DNA of 35,019 nucleotides, from IMG/VR virus record IMGVR_UViG_3300027813_000037, positions 1-35,019 of that record, one strand, 5' to 3'. Positions 1-7,487 of the stretch are shown here, piece by piece. The notes below the pieces were generated by a model, which saw nothing but the letters and a program-made list of their open reading frames with translations, was not told where the DNA came from and did not search any database. Made by a program: the position numbers and the translations under genes. The DNA is from a virus. Lineage: Duplodnaviria; Caudoviricetes. Position 1 is the stretch's first letter, and every line of letters begins with the position of its first letter.

Positions 1-2
1 AA

Positions 3-149
3 ATGAACGATACTCGTAAAACACGCCTTACATTAAGTCAAATTAATCGTGCAAGGAAAGCAAGTGAACTACATACTACTGAGAAGGCCGGAGAACTGGA
101 ATTCATAAGACAAATGTATGGAATCGCTGCACAAGTTCCTGAGATGTAA
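3..149 (+). CDS. Small hypothetical protein, probably 5'-truncated by the window edge (..MNDTRKTRLTLSQINRARKASELH..EFIRQMYG..)
   Basis: Open frame from the window start to TAA at 147-149, 5 nt before the next ATG. Same strand and codon style as neighbours. Too short for the ORF track. Confidence 0.7.
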   Translation: MNDTRKTRLTLSQINRARKASELHTTEKAGELEFIRQMYGIAAQVPEM

Positions 150-154
150 AATTA

Positions 155-883
155 ATGGCAAAGATCGATAAGAGTCTTTACACTAAAGATCAATATAAAG
201 CACTTAAAGCTGCTGCCAAAGCTGAAAAAATAATAAAAAACAGCACACCTACACAAACCCCTAGTATAACAGTTATTGAACATCAGCAATCGACGGTTCC
301 TATTGCATTTGTATTAGGTAACGGCACTAGTAGAAGTAATATATCACCTAACGAACTTCAACAGCTTGGCAAAGTATACGGGTGCAATGCATTGTATAGA
401 AGTTTTGCTCCAGATTACTTAATTGCAGTTGATACAAAGATGATTGTTGAAATTAATAAGACAGAATACCAAAAATCTAATGCAGTATGGACTAATCCAA
501 ACAAGCTATATTCATCTATGGAAGGATTTAACTTTTTTCAGCCTAGTAAAGGATGGAGTAGTGGTCCTACAGCGTTATGGCTAGCAAGTCAACAAGAATA
601 TCAAATAATATACATATTAGGATTTGATTTTAAAGGTACTGACAGCAATAACTTTAATAATATATACTCTGATACTGAAAATTATAAAAAAAGTAACGAC
701 ACCGCAACATATTACGGCAATTGGCTACGTCAAACTAAGACTGTTATTGAACAACATAACACTAAAATTAAATACGTAAGAGTAATAGCACCAGATAATT
801 TTATTCCAAGTGAGCTAAATAAAATTAGTAACTTAACACACATTACAACGGATATGTTCAAGAAAATGTACTCTTTATTATAA
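155..883 (+). CDS. Putative glycosyltransferase-like protein (Cst-II/GT42 sialyltransferase or DUF115/Maf-like Rossmann fold)
   Basis: Motif order AFVLGNGTS..VYGCN..SSG..A..LA..Y..IYILGFDF parallels Cst-II-type IIAGNGPS..FRCN..TSG..IYLSGIDF. Recognised by eye. Confidence 0.6.
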   Translation: MAKIDKSLYTKDQYKALKAAAKAEKIIKNSTPTQTPSITVIEHQQSTVPIAFVLGNGTSRSNISPNELQQLGKVYGCNALYRSFAPDYLIAVDTKMIVEINKTEYQKSNAVWTNPNKLYSSMEGFNFFQPSKGWSSGPTALWLASQQEYQIIYILGFDFKGTDSNNFNNIYSDTENYKKSNDTATYYGNWLRQTKTVIEQHNTKIKYVRVIAPDNFIPSELNKISNLTHITTDMFKKMYSLL

Positions 884-920
884 ACGAGTCGTTTTGGGCC
901 TATTATAGCCTCATATATAT

Positions 921-928
921 TATAAATA
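921..928 (+). promoter_or_regulatory. T4-type late promoter TATAAATA
   Basis: Exact T4 gp55 consensus, intergenic, about 55 nt upstream of the head operon. Confidence 0.8.
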
Positions 929-983
929 GTAAATACACATGACAGCCTTACCATAGGTACTTACTTTACAGGAGATTAAAAAA

Positions 984-1928
984 ATGGCGAATCAAAATAA
1001 ATTTGAACAGATGCTTGAAAAACTTGTCAATGAAGACAAGGCAGGCGCTGAAGAACTATTCCACGAGATTGTGGTAGAGAAATCACGTGACATATACGAG
1101 TCACTATTAGAATCAGATCTAGACGATGAAGAAGTAGATGAAGCAACTGATGAAGAAGTAGATGAAACTACTGATGAAGAAGTTGATGAGTCTGATGACG
1201 AAGAAGTTGATGAGTCTGATGACGAAGAATTAGACGAAGACTTTAACTTAGACGAGTTTGAAGTTGAAGCAGATCCAATGGACGCTATGATGGGCGACAT
1301 GGAAGTAGACAGCGGCGACGAAGGCGATGCAGATCCAATGGATATGGATATGGATAGCGAAGAAGGCGAAGGCGATGTTGAAGATCGTGTAGAAGATCTA
1401 GAAGATGCACTTGACGAACTAAAAGCAGAATTTGAAAAAATGATGTCAGGTGACGACGAAGACGAAGGCGAAGATGACGGCGAAGAAGATCCTATGGATA
1501 TGGATATGGACGCTGAAGAAGAGCCAGAAGAAGAAGCAATTACTTTTGAAACAACAGACGAAGAAGTTGACGAAGCTGCTGACGAAGAAGTTGAAGAAGC
1601 TGAGAAATCAGAAACTGAAACAATGCGTGAGTATGTAGAAAAAGTAACTGCATCAATGGGTGACAATGGTGTAAACACTAAGTCATCAGTAGCAACGCCA
1701 AACAACATGGGCGGCGATGCATCAAACTTAGTACAAGGCGGAGAAGCTGACACTAAAGGTACAACAGGCGGACTAGCTGCAAATACTTCTAAAGAAGATA
1801 ATGCAGGTAACGTTAACGTACCAGGCGGTAAAGCATCAAAATCACTAAAAGGTACTAAAGGCCATGGCGCAGAGAAAAAAGGCGCTGGCGAAACTGCTGA
1901 CAACAAGAAATCAACTGTTGGCAAATAA
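984..1928 (+). CDS. Highly acidic prohead core/internal scaffold-like protein
   Basis: 314 aa, extremely D/E-rich with a basic G/K-rich C-terminus. RBS AGGAG. Lies directly upstream of the prohead protease, where T4 has its core genes 67/68. Confidence 0.7.
   Translation: MANQNKFEQMLEKLVNEDKAGAEELFHEIVVEKSRDIYESLLESDLDDEEVDEATDEEVDETTDEEVDESDDEEVDESDDEELDEDFNLDEFEVEADPMDAMMGDMEVDSGDEGDADPMDMDMDSEEGEGDVEDRVEDLEDALDELKAEFEKMMSGDDEDEGEDDGEEDPMDMDMDAEEEPEEEAITFETTDEEVDEAADEEVEEAEKSETETMREYVEKVTASMGDNGVNTKSSVATPNNMGGDASNLVQGGEADTKGTTGGLAANTSKEDNAGNVNVPGGKASKSLKGTKGHGAEKKGAGETADNKKSTVGK
1125..1238 (+). repeat. 24-nt in-frame tandem repeat (DEEVDExx, four full copies plus one partial)
   Basis: gatgaagaagtagatgaagcaact / ..aactact / gatgaagaagttgatgagtctgat / gacgaagaagttgatgagtctgat / gacgaagaattagacgaa. 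Confidence 0.9.
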
Positions 1929-1944
1929 GTAAGGAAACTAATAG

Positions 1945-2568
1945 ATGAATCACTTACGGGAACACCTAAGTTTCGACCAAGCGAATATTGTCGTTGAGTC
2001 TGCTAACGAAGGAAAAGACTTGTACATGAAAGGTATTATGATACAAGGCGGAGTACGCAACGCTAACCAGCGTGTGTATCCTGTAAACGAAATTGGCAGG
2101 GCTGTCAAAACTCTCAGCGAACAAATCGAGGGTGGATACAGTGTTCTTGGCGAAGTTGATCATCCAGAAGGCCTTAATATAAACTTAGACCGTGTAAGTC
2201 ACATGATATCCGAAACTTGGATGGAAGGTGATAACGGTTATGGTAAATTAAAAATACTACCTACTCCGATGGGGCAACTAGTTAAAACAATGTTGGAAAA
2301 CGGCGTAAAACTAGGAGTTTCATCGCGTGGTAGTGGTAACGTTAGTGAAGACGGTAGCGGCAACGTTAGCGACTTTGAAATAATAACAGTGGACGTGGTG
2401 GCACAGCCTAGCGCCCCTGGAGCATATCCTACTGCAATCTACGAGCATTTAATGAATGCACGTGGAGGAATGAAGGCATATGAATTGGCACAGGCAACAA
2501 GACACGATCCTAAGGCACAAAAATACTTAAAAGAATCTCTGGTTAATATAATCAGCAGACTCCAATAA
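1945..2568 (+). CDS. gp21: Prohead core protease (T4 gp21-like)
   Basis: Motifs G..IQGGVRNANQRVYP, LGEVDHP (catalytic His), KILPTPMG, LGVSSRGSG (catalytic Ser), DFEIITVDVVAQPSAPGA. Consistent synteny. Confidence 0.95.
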   Translation: MNHLREHLSFDQANIVVESANEGKDLYMKGIMIQGGVRNANQRVYPVNEIGRAVKTLSEQIEGGYSVLGEVDHPEGLNINLDRVSHMISETWMEGDNGYGKLKILPTPMGQLVKTMLENGVKLGVSSRGSGNVSEDGSGNVSDFEIITVDVVAQPSAPGAYPTAIYEHLMNARGGMKAYELAQATRHDPKAQKYLKESLVNIISRLQ

Positions 2569-2582
2569 AAGGAGAAAAAAAT

Positions 2583-3683
2583 ATGTTGGAAGCACTTAAA
2601 ACACTTTTTGAAAACGATGTAGTTTCTGAAGAAGTACGTGCAGACATCGAAGGCGCATGGGAGCAAAAGATTCAGGAAAACAAAATGCAGGCAACTGCTG
2701 AGTTACGTGAAGAATTTGCTAAAAAGTACGAGCACGATAAGTCAACTATGGTTGAAGCTATCGACTCTATGATCTCAGAACGCCTTGCAGAAGAAATTGC
2801 TGAGTTTGCAGATGATCGCAAACAGCTAGCTGAAGCAAAAGCAAAGTACGGAGTAGCAATGCGTGAAAATGCAGATCTACTAAAACGCTTTGTATCTGAG
2901 TCACTAGTAAAAGAAGTTTCTGAATTGCATGAAGATCAAAAAGCAATTGCTGATAAGTTCAGTATGCTTGAGAACTTCATCGTAGATGCACTTGCAACTG
3001 AAATTGCAGAATTCCACGAAGACAAGAAAGACTTAGCAGAAACTAAGGTAAAACTTATCAAAGAAGCTAAGAATAAATTTGCAGAAGTTAAAACTAGCTT
3101 TATTGCAAAAAGCGCAGCTAAAGTATCATCTATTGTTGAATCAACTCTTACTAAAGAGATTGGCGCATTAAAAGAAGATATTCAATCTGCACGTAGCAAC
3201 GATTTTGGTCGTAAAATGTTTGAAGCTTTTGCTTCAGAGTATGCAACAAGCCATCTGAATGAAAATTCAGAAACTGCAAAATTAATGCAAGTTGTTGTTA
3301 CTAAAGACAAACAGTTAGTTGAAGCGAAGGCATTTGCACTAAAAGCAAAAACACTAGCAGAATCTAAAGGCCAAGAAGTAAAGCGTATAACAGCAATTGC
3401 TGAACGCAAAAACAGACTTAATGATTTAATGGAGCCTTTGAATAAAGGGCAAAGAGAGATCATGACAGATTTACTGGAATCAGTACAAACCAATAGACTT
3501 CAAAAATCTTTTGATAAGTACCTCCCATCAGTGATTGATGGAAATACTCCGGCAAAGAAGGCAGTCTTATCAGAGGCAAAAGAAATTACAGGCAACAGAG
3601 ACAATACTACAACAAAAACAAACACTAGTTCAATGCAAGATGATAATGTCGTTGACATTCGTCGTTTAGCTGGTTTAAAATAA
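2583..3683 (+). CDS. gp22: Prohead scaffolding/core protein (T4 gp22-like)
   Basis: E/K/A-rich coiled-coil protein between the protease and the MCP. FGRKMFEAFASEY motif. Strong RBS AAAGGAG. Confidence 0.8.
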   Translation: MLEALKTLFENDVVSEEVRADIEGAWEQKIQENKMQATAELREEFAKKYEHDKSTMVEAIDSMISERLAEEIAEFADDRKQLAEAKAKYGVAMRENADLLKRFVSESLVKEVSELHEDQKAIADKFSMLENFIVDALATEIAEFHEDKKDLAETKVKLIKEAKNKFAEVKTSFIAKSAAKVSSIVESTLTKEIGALKEDIQSARSNDFGRKMFEAFASEYATSHLNENSETAKLMQVVVTKDKQLVEAKAFALKAKTLAESKGQEVKRITAIAERKNRLNDLMEPLNKGQREIMTDLLESVQTNRLQKSFDKYLPSVIDGNTPAKKAVLSEAKEITGNRDNTTTKTNTSSMQDDNVVDIRRLAGLK

Positions 3684-3693
3684 GGAGAAAACT

Positions 3694-4872
3694 ATGTCGG
3701 AACTACTAGAAAGCCGCTGGTCTGATACAAAAAACGCACTTCTTGAGGGCCTAACAGGCACCAAGAAAGCTGTAATGGCAACTACACTAGAAAATACTCG
3801 CAAGTATTTAAGTGAATCTGCTGGAGCAGGCGCAACGTCAGCTGGCAATGTCGCAACTCTTAACAGAGTTATTTTACCGGTCATCAGACGTGTAATGCCA
3901 ACCGTTATCGCTAACGAGTTAGTTGGTGTTCAGCCTATGACAGGCCCAGTGGGACAAATCCACACACTACGAGTTCGTTATTCGGACACGTTTAATGCTG
4001 GCGCAAGTGGCGCAACAGCAGGCGAAGAAGCACTATCGCCATTCAAGATTGCTGAATCTTATTCAGGCGCAACTACTGGTAAAGCAGCTTCAACTGCCGC
4101 ACTAGAAGGTGAGTCAGGTAATAAACTAAGCATCCAAATCTTGAAGCAAACAGTAGAAGCAAAATCACGCAAGCTATCAGCTCGTTGGACTTTTGAAGCT
4201 GCTCAAGACGCACAATCAATGCATGGTATTGATGTTGAAGCGGAAATCATGGCAGCTCTTGCACAAGAGATTACTGCTGAGATCGACCAGGAAGTACTAG
4301 CATCGCTAAGTACACTTGCTGGTACAGCCGGTTCTACTTATAACCAAGCAACTGTTAGTGGTACTGCTACTTTCGTTGGTGACGAGCATGCTGCTTTAGC
4401 TGTTCTAATCAACCGTGAAGCAAACAAGATCGCTCAGCGTACACGTAGAGGCGCAGGTAACTGGGCTGTTGTTAGTCCTTTTGCACTAACAATTCTACAA
4501 TCTGCTACAACTTCTGCGTTCGCAAGAACAACTGAAGGCACATTTGAAGCTCCAACTAACACTAAGATGGTTGGTACTTTGAACAATGCAATGAAAGTAT
4601 ATGTTAACACATATGCAGCAGATAGTTCTGATATCCTTATTGGATATAAAGGTTCAAGCGAATCAGATGCAGCGGCATTCTATTGCCCATACATCCCGCT
4701 AATGAGCTCAGGCGTTGTACTTGATCCGTCTAGCTTTGAGCCAGTTGTTTCGTTCATGACACGTTATGGTTATGTCGAGCTAAACAACACAGCGTCATCT
4801 TTGGGTAACGCTGCTGACTATCTAGCTAAAGTTGACTTGTCAACTAACTCAGCTAACGTAAGTTTCCAGTAA
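3694..4872 (+). CDS. gp23: Major capsid protein (T4 gp23-like)
   Basis: VIRRVMP..IA.ELVGVQPMTGPVGQIHTLR, KQTVEAKSRKLSARWTFEAAQD..HGIDVEAE, GYKG..E.DA..FYCPYIPL, DP.SFEPV..FMTRYG. Confidence 0.97.
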   Translation: MSELLESRWSDTKNALLEGLTGTKKAVMATTLENTRKYLSESAGAGATSAGNVATLNRVILPVIRRVMPTVIANELVGVQPMTGPVGQIHTLRVRYSDTFNAGASGATAGEEALSPFKIAESYSGATTGKAASTAALEGESGNKLSIQILKQTVEAKSRKLSARWTFEAAQDAQSMHGIDVEAEIMAALAQEITAEIDQEVLASLSTLAGTAGSTYNQATVSGTATFVGDEHAALAVLINREANKIAQRTRRGAGNWAVVSPFALTILQSATTSAFARTTEGTFEAPTNTKMVGTLNNAMKVYVNTYAADSSDILIGYKGSSESDAAAFYCPYIPLMSSGVVLDPSSFEPVVSFMTRYGYVELNNTASSLGNAADYLAKVDLSTNSANVSFQ

Positions 4873-4890
4873 ACTTTACAATAGTTAATA

Positions 4891-4919
4891 AAAACAGGGC
4901 CTACGGGTCCTGTTTTTTT
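4891..4919 (+). terminator. Rho-independent terminator after the MCP gene
   Basis: AAAACAGGGCC-TACG-GGTCCTGTTTTTTT: stem with a C(UACG)G tetraloop and a U-tract. Confidence 0.9.
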
Positions 4920-4941
4920 ATGACTTTTTTTAATTAAATGG

Positions 4942-4970
4942 TTGACAGACGTTCTTATCAGTGCTATTAT
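4942..4970 (+). promoter_or_regulatory. Host sigma70-type promoter (TTGACA-N17-TATTAT with extended -10 TG)
   Basis: TTGACA 4942-4947, 17-nt spacer ending TGc, TATTAT 4965-4970. Predicted start about 4977. Confidence 0.85.
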
Positions 4971-4976
4971 ATATAC

Positions 4977-5182
4977 ATAGCTAGGAGATATCCTTTGTTA
5001 TGATAGTGCAAGGAACAAGCAACTGCAACGTTGTGAACTTGGCTAACACCTGTAGTGGGACTGTATGAGCGTAGAGATACGAAGATATGGATTTTGGACT
5101 TAACGGTTCGATGTTAGGCGCTCCGACTTATAAATGAGTTGATAAGGAGTTGTTGGTAATCATTAATCCCAACCTATCACCC
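4977..5182 (+). ncRNA. Candidate structured non-coding RNA co-transcribed with tRNA-Gly
   Basis: No credible ORF. A series of hairpins is closed by long-range TGATAG (5001-5006)/CTATCA (5174-5179). Includes a GNRA hairpin CGTA-GAGA-TACG and a GGTTCGAT-loop hairpin. Confidence 0.55.
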
Positions 5183-5188
5183 TATTAT

Positions 5189-5262
5189 GCGGGTATTGTG
5201 TAATGGTAAGACCTTAGGTTTCCAACCTAAAGACAGGAGTTCGATTCTCCTTACCCGCTCCA
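5189..5262 (+). tRNA. tRNA-Gly (anticodon TCC)
   Basis: Acceptor GCGGGTA/TACCCGC, discriminator T and encoded CCA. Anticodon arm TTAGG-TTTCCAA-CCTAA (TCC at 5221-5223). T arm AGGAG-TTCGATT-CTCCT. Confidence 0.96.
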
Positions 5263-5272
5263 TACATGCAGT

Positions 5273-5310
5273 ACAAGAAGGTTAGTGTTTTTGCACTAGC
5301 CTTTTCTTGT
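5273..5310 (+). terminator. Terminator-like hairpin closing the RNA unit
   Basis: ACAAGAAGGTTAGTG-loop-CACTAGCCTTTTCTTGT inverted repeat with a U-rich 3' side. Confidence 0.7.
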
Positions 5311-5314
5311 TTCG

Positions 5315-5322
5315 GATAAATA
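5315..5322 (+). promoter_or_regulatory. Late promoter variant GATAAATA
   Basis: 7/8 match to TATAAATA, intergenic, immediately after a terminator and before a structural gene block. Confidence 0.7.
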
Positions 5323-5327
5323 CTTGT

Positions 5328-5381
5328 GTCATTAATCGTGCCGCACTTTGCGGACTTATGCAGAAATGACCCACTGCGTAA
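5328..5381 (+). promoter_or_regulatory. Structured 5' leader (two hairpins plus a potential pseudoknot)
   Basis: CCGCA-CTT-TGCGG (5341-5353); TTATGCAG-loop-CTGCGTAA (5356-5381); loop AATGAC (5365-5370) is complementary to GTCATT (5328-5333). Confidence 0.55.
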
Positions 5382-5410
5382 ACCTAGAACGTTTTAAAGG
5401 AGAAAAACAA

Positions 5411-6046
5411 ATGGGAAGACCACTAAACAAAAGATTTTTCGGAGCACCTACAACAGGCGGCAGCGAAATCAAAGTACAGTTTCACAACGGAACTGCATCA
5501 GTAAACGGATATATTGTTAAACAGCTTGGAAGTAAGAAATTCCGTTGCACAGATGGTGTAATTGAAAAAGATTGTTTCTTAGTAGACAAAGCAGCAGCAG
5601 CTATTGCAGCAGGCGAAATGAGTATTGTAATTAAAGACGATGGCGGCACTGTACGTCAAGTTAATAAAATTGCAGGACGCAAAATGACAATGGATACTGG
5701 CGCAACTATTGGTTGGAACTTTAGTGTTGCAACAGACGATGGTGCAGCTCAGATAGAAGAAGCTGGTGATGCAGGAGTTGCAGCAGTTGCAGTAACAGCA
5801 GTAACAGAAGCAAATCCAGGTGCAGTTACAACAGGCACAGCACACGGACTAGTAACTGGCGACAGAGTAAGATTCGCTGGCGTAGTTGGTATGGTTGAGC
5901 TTAATGCTAACACTGTATTTGCAGTTACTACAGTTGATGCTACTCACTTCACAATTGGAGTTAATACAACTGGATTCACTACTTACACAAGTGGTGGTAC
6001 AGTAACACAAGTTGAAGCAGACGCAGACGTGTTTGAAGCTGACTAA
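5411..6046 (+). CDS. Putative virion protein (211 aa) with a C-terminal ubiquitin-activating-enzyme E1 FCCH-like beta domain
   Basis: Start reassigned to ATG 5411 (RBS AAAGGAGA at 5396-5403; MGRPLNKRFFG). C-terminus VTEANPGAVT..HGLVTGDRVRF.GVVGMVELN..FTI..T.GFTTYTSGGTV. Confidence 0.8.
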   Translation: MGRPLNKRFFGAPTTGGSEIKVQFHNGTASVNGYIVKQLGSKKFRCTDGVIEKDCFLVDKAAAAIAAGEMSIVIKDDGGTVRQVNKIAGRKMTMDTGATIGWNFSVATDDGAAQIEEAGDAGVAAVAVTAVTEANPGAVTTGTAHGLVTGDRVRFAGVVGMVELNANTVFAVTTVDATHFTIGVNTTGFTTYTSGGTVTQVEADADVFEAD

Positions 6047-6053
6047 GATTAGT

Positions 6054-6083
6054 TATGGGGGATTAATTTCCCCCATATCTTTT
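6054..6083 (+). terminator. Terminator-like hairpin
   Basis: TATGGGGGA-TTAATT-TCCCCCATA followed by TCTTTT. Confidence 0.65.
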
Positions 6084-6098
6084 ACATAGGAAATAAGA

Positions 6099-7124
6099 AT
6101 GTCAAAAGTATTAAGAGTAACAGACGGTGACTACAGAATTGTAGTAGATAATGGCGACACAGGCACAATCTACTTAGATACCACCAGCGGAGCAGCAAGC
6201 CCAAGAGGCACTGTTGTAATTACTGGCGACCTTGAAGTTAAAGGTACACAAACAACTGTAGAATCCACTAATACTACTATTGCTGATAACATACTAACAT
6301 TAAATGACGGCGAATCGGGCGCAGGAATACGTGCGAGCTTTGGATATAAAGCAGGAATTGAAGTTGCTAGAGGTAGTTTACCTACTGCAAGATTAGTATT
6401 TGACGAACAAAGTCCATATGTAGCCGGCGGCTCTAGTGGCACAGGTTCATTTAGATTCGAAGATATTAATGGAGACTTTCTTCCACTTAACGTAAACAGC
6501 CTTAATGCTGAAGGACCGTTATATGTAACTACTCCTAATAGTGCTATTAATGTAGCAGGCACAGTTGATTACGAAAAAAATGTATTTACGTATACCGGCG
6601 CAGCAGTAAGTAATGCAGTACCTATTAATAATGACTTTATACCAAACGCTAAAGGTGTTGTAGATTACATAACATATGCATTATCATTATATAATGATGA
6701 TAACATTGCACAAGGTAATTCGGAAGTTGCAGTATTAGATAACTCAGATCCAGAAACAGACAGCACAGTTAGAATAACAATAGACGGTATTGTTGCTGCT
6801 AACTTTTATACAAACCGAATGACATTAAGTGGAATTGAAATTCTTGATAATTTAATCACCACAACTGATACTAATCAAGATTTAGTTCTAAGTGCAAACG
6901 GTCCAAAGAGTGTAGTTGTAAAAGATGCTTTAGAAATAACATCATCATCACTTTATGACAATGATCCTAACTTACCAACAGCAAATCCTCCAGTGAGCGG
7001 AATTAAACTATATTCCACAACAGAGAGTACTGGTGGTTCGGGATTATACTTTGTAAACCAAGACAGCAAATCCGATGAATTAATAAGTAAAAATAGATCA
7101 TTGCTTTATAGCATGATTTTTTAA
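6099..7124 (+). CDS. Putative virion structural protein (fibre/baseplate-associated)
   Basis: 341 aa, beta-rich. VITGDLEVKGTQTTVESTNTTIADNILTLN fibre-type motif. One DN.ITTTDTNQDLVLSANG unit shared with the downstream fibre genes. Confidence 0.7.
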   Translation: MSKVLRVTDGDYRIVVDNGDTGTIYLDTTSGAASPRGTVVITGDLEVKGTQTTVESTNTTIADNILTLNDGESGAGIRASFGYKAGIEVARGSLPTARLVFDEQSPYVAGGSSGTGSFRFEDINGDFLPLNVNSLNAEGPLYVTTPNSAINVAGTVDYEKNVFTYTGAAVSNAVPINNDFIPNAKGVVDYITYALSLYNDDNIAQGNSEVAVLDNSDPETDSTVRITIDGIVAANFYTNRMTLSGIEILDNLITTTDTNQDLVLSANGPKSVVVKDALEITSSSLYDNDPNLPTANPPVSGIKLYSTTESTGGSGLYFVNQDSKSDELISKNRSLLYSMIF

Positions 7125-7133
7125 GGAAAACAA

Positions 7134-7487
7134 ATGGCAATAGTAAACGCACAATTAAAAACAACTGCACTAGATATACTTGATCAGTCAACTGGACAAG
7201 GTGTACCGGCAGGCAAAAGTTATGCTATTACAAATATTATGGTTTGTAATACTGATGGCACTTCAGCTGCATCCTTTGATATGCATTTAATACCAAGTGG
7301 TGGTGCATTAGCAAACAAAGTTACACGAGTTATTAATGGTCTTAGTTTACCAGCAAGCGAGACTTTTACTTTTGACAGTGAACGAATAGTATTAGAAGAA
7401 GGAGATAAGCTTGTATTTGTTGCTGAGCCTGACATTGGAACAACATTAACAAATCTAGCAGCAACAGTAAGTTATTTGGAAGTATAA
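7134..7487 (+). CDS. Small putative virion protein (117 aa), paralog of 18420..18749
   Basis: RBS AAGGA. Pattern I....N......F......LP..ET......IVLE.GD.L...A.......S.LEV. Confidence 0.8.
   Translation: MAIVNAQLKTTALDILDQSTGQGVPAGKSYAITNIMVCNTDGTSAASFDMHLIPSGGALANKVTRVINGLSLPASETFTFDSERIVLEEGDKLVFVAEPDIGTTLTNLAATVSYLEV

Noticed and set aside
929-969. Weak pairings in the head-operon leader (GTAAA/TTTAC, TACC/GGTA)
   Set aside because: Stems of 4-5 bp in AT-rich DNA are expected by chance.
992-1924. 310 aa Ser-rich ORF on the minus strand
   Set aside because: Antisense shadow of the GAA/GAT-rich acidic gene. No RBS or independent support.
5000-5103. Two tiny overlapping ORFs (MIVQGTSNCNVVNLANTCSGTV, MSVEIRRYGFWT)
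   Set aside because: Very short. The AGGAG is 12 nt away and sequestered in a hairpin. A structured RNA explains the region better, though translation is not excluded.
4977-5182. tmRNA or intron-containing tRNA identity for the ncRNA candidate
   Set aside because: No Ala-type acceptor stem, tag reading frame, canonical T-loop at the 3' arm, or group I core elements could be identified.
5348-5410. TTG start given by the ORF track for the 232 aa ORF
   Set aside because: It lies inside a leader hairpin with no RBS. ATG 5411 has a strong, well-spaced AAAGGAGA.
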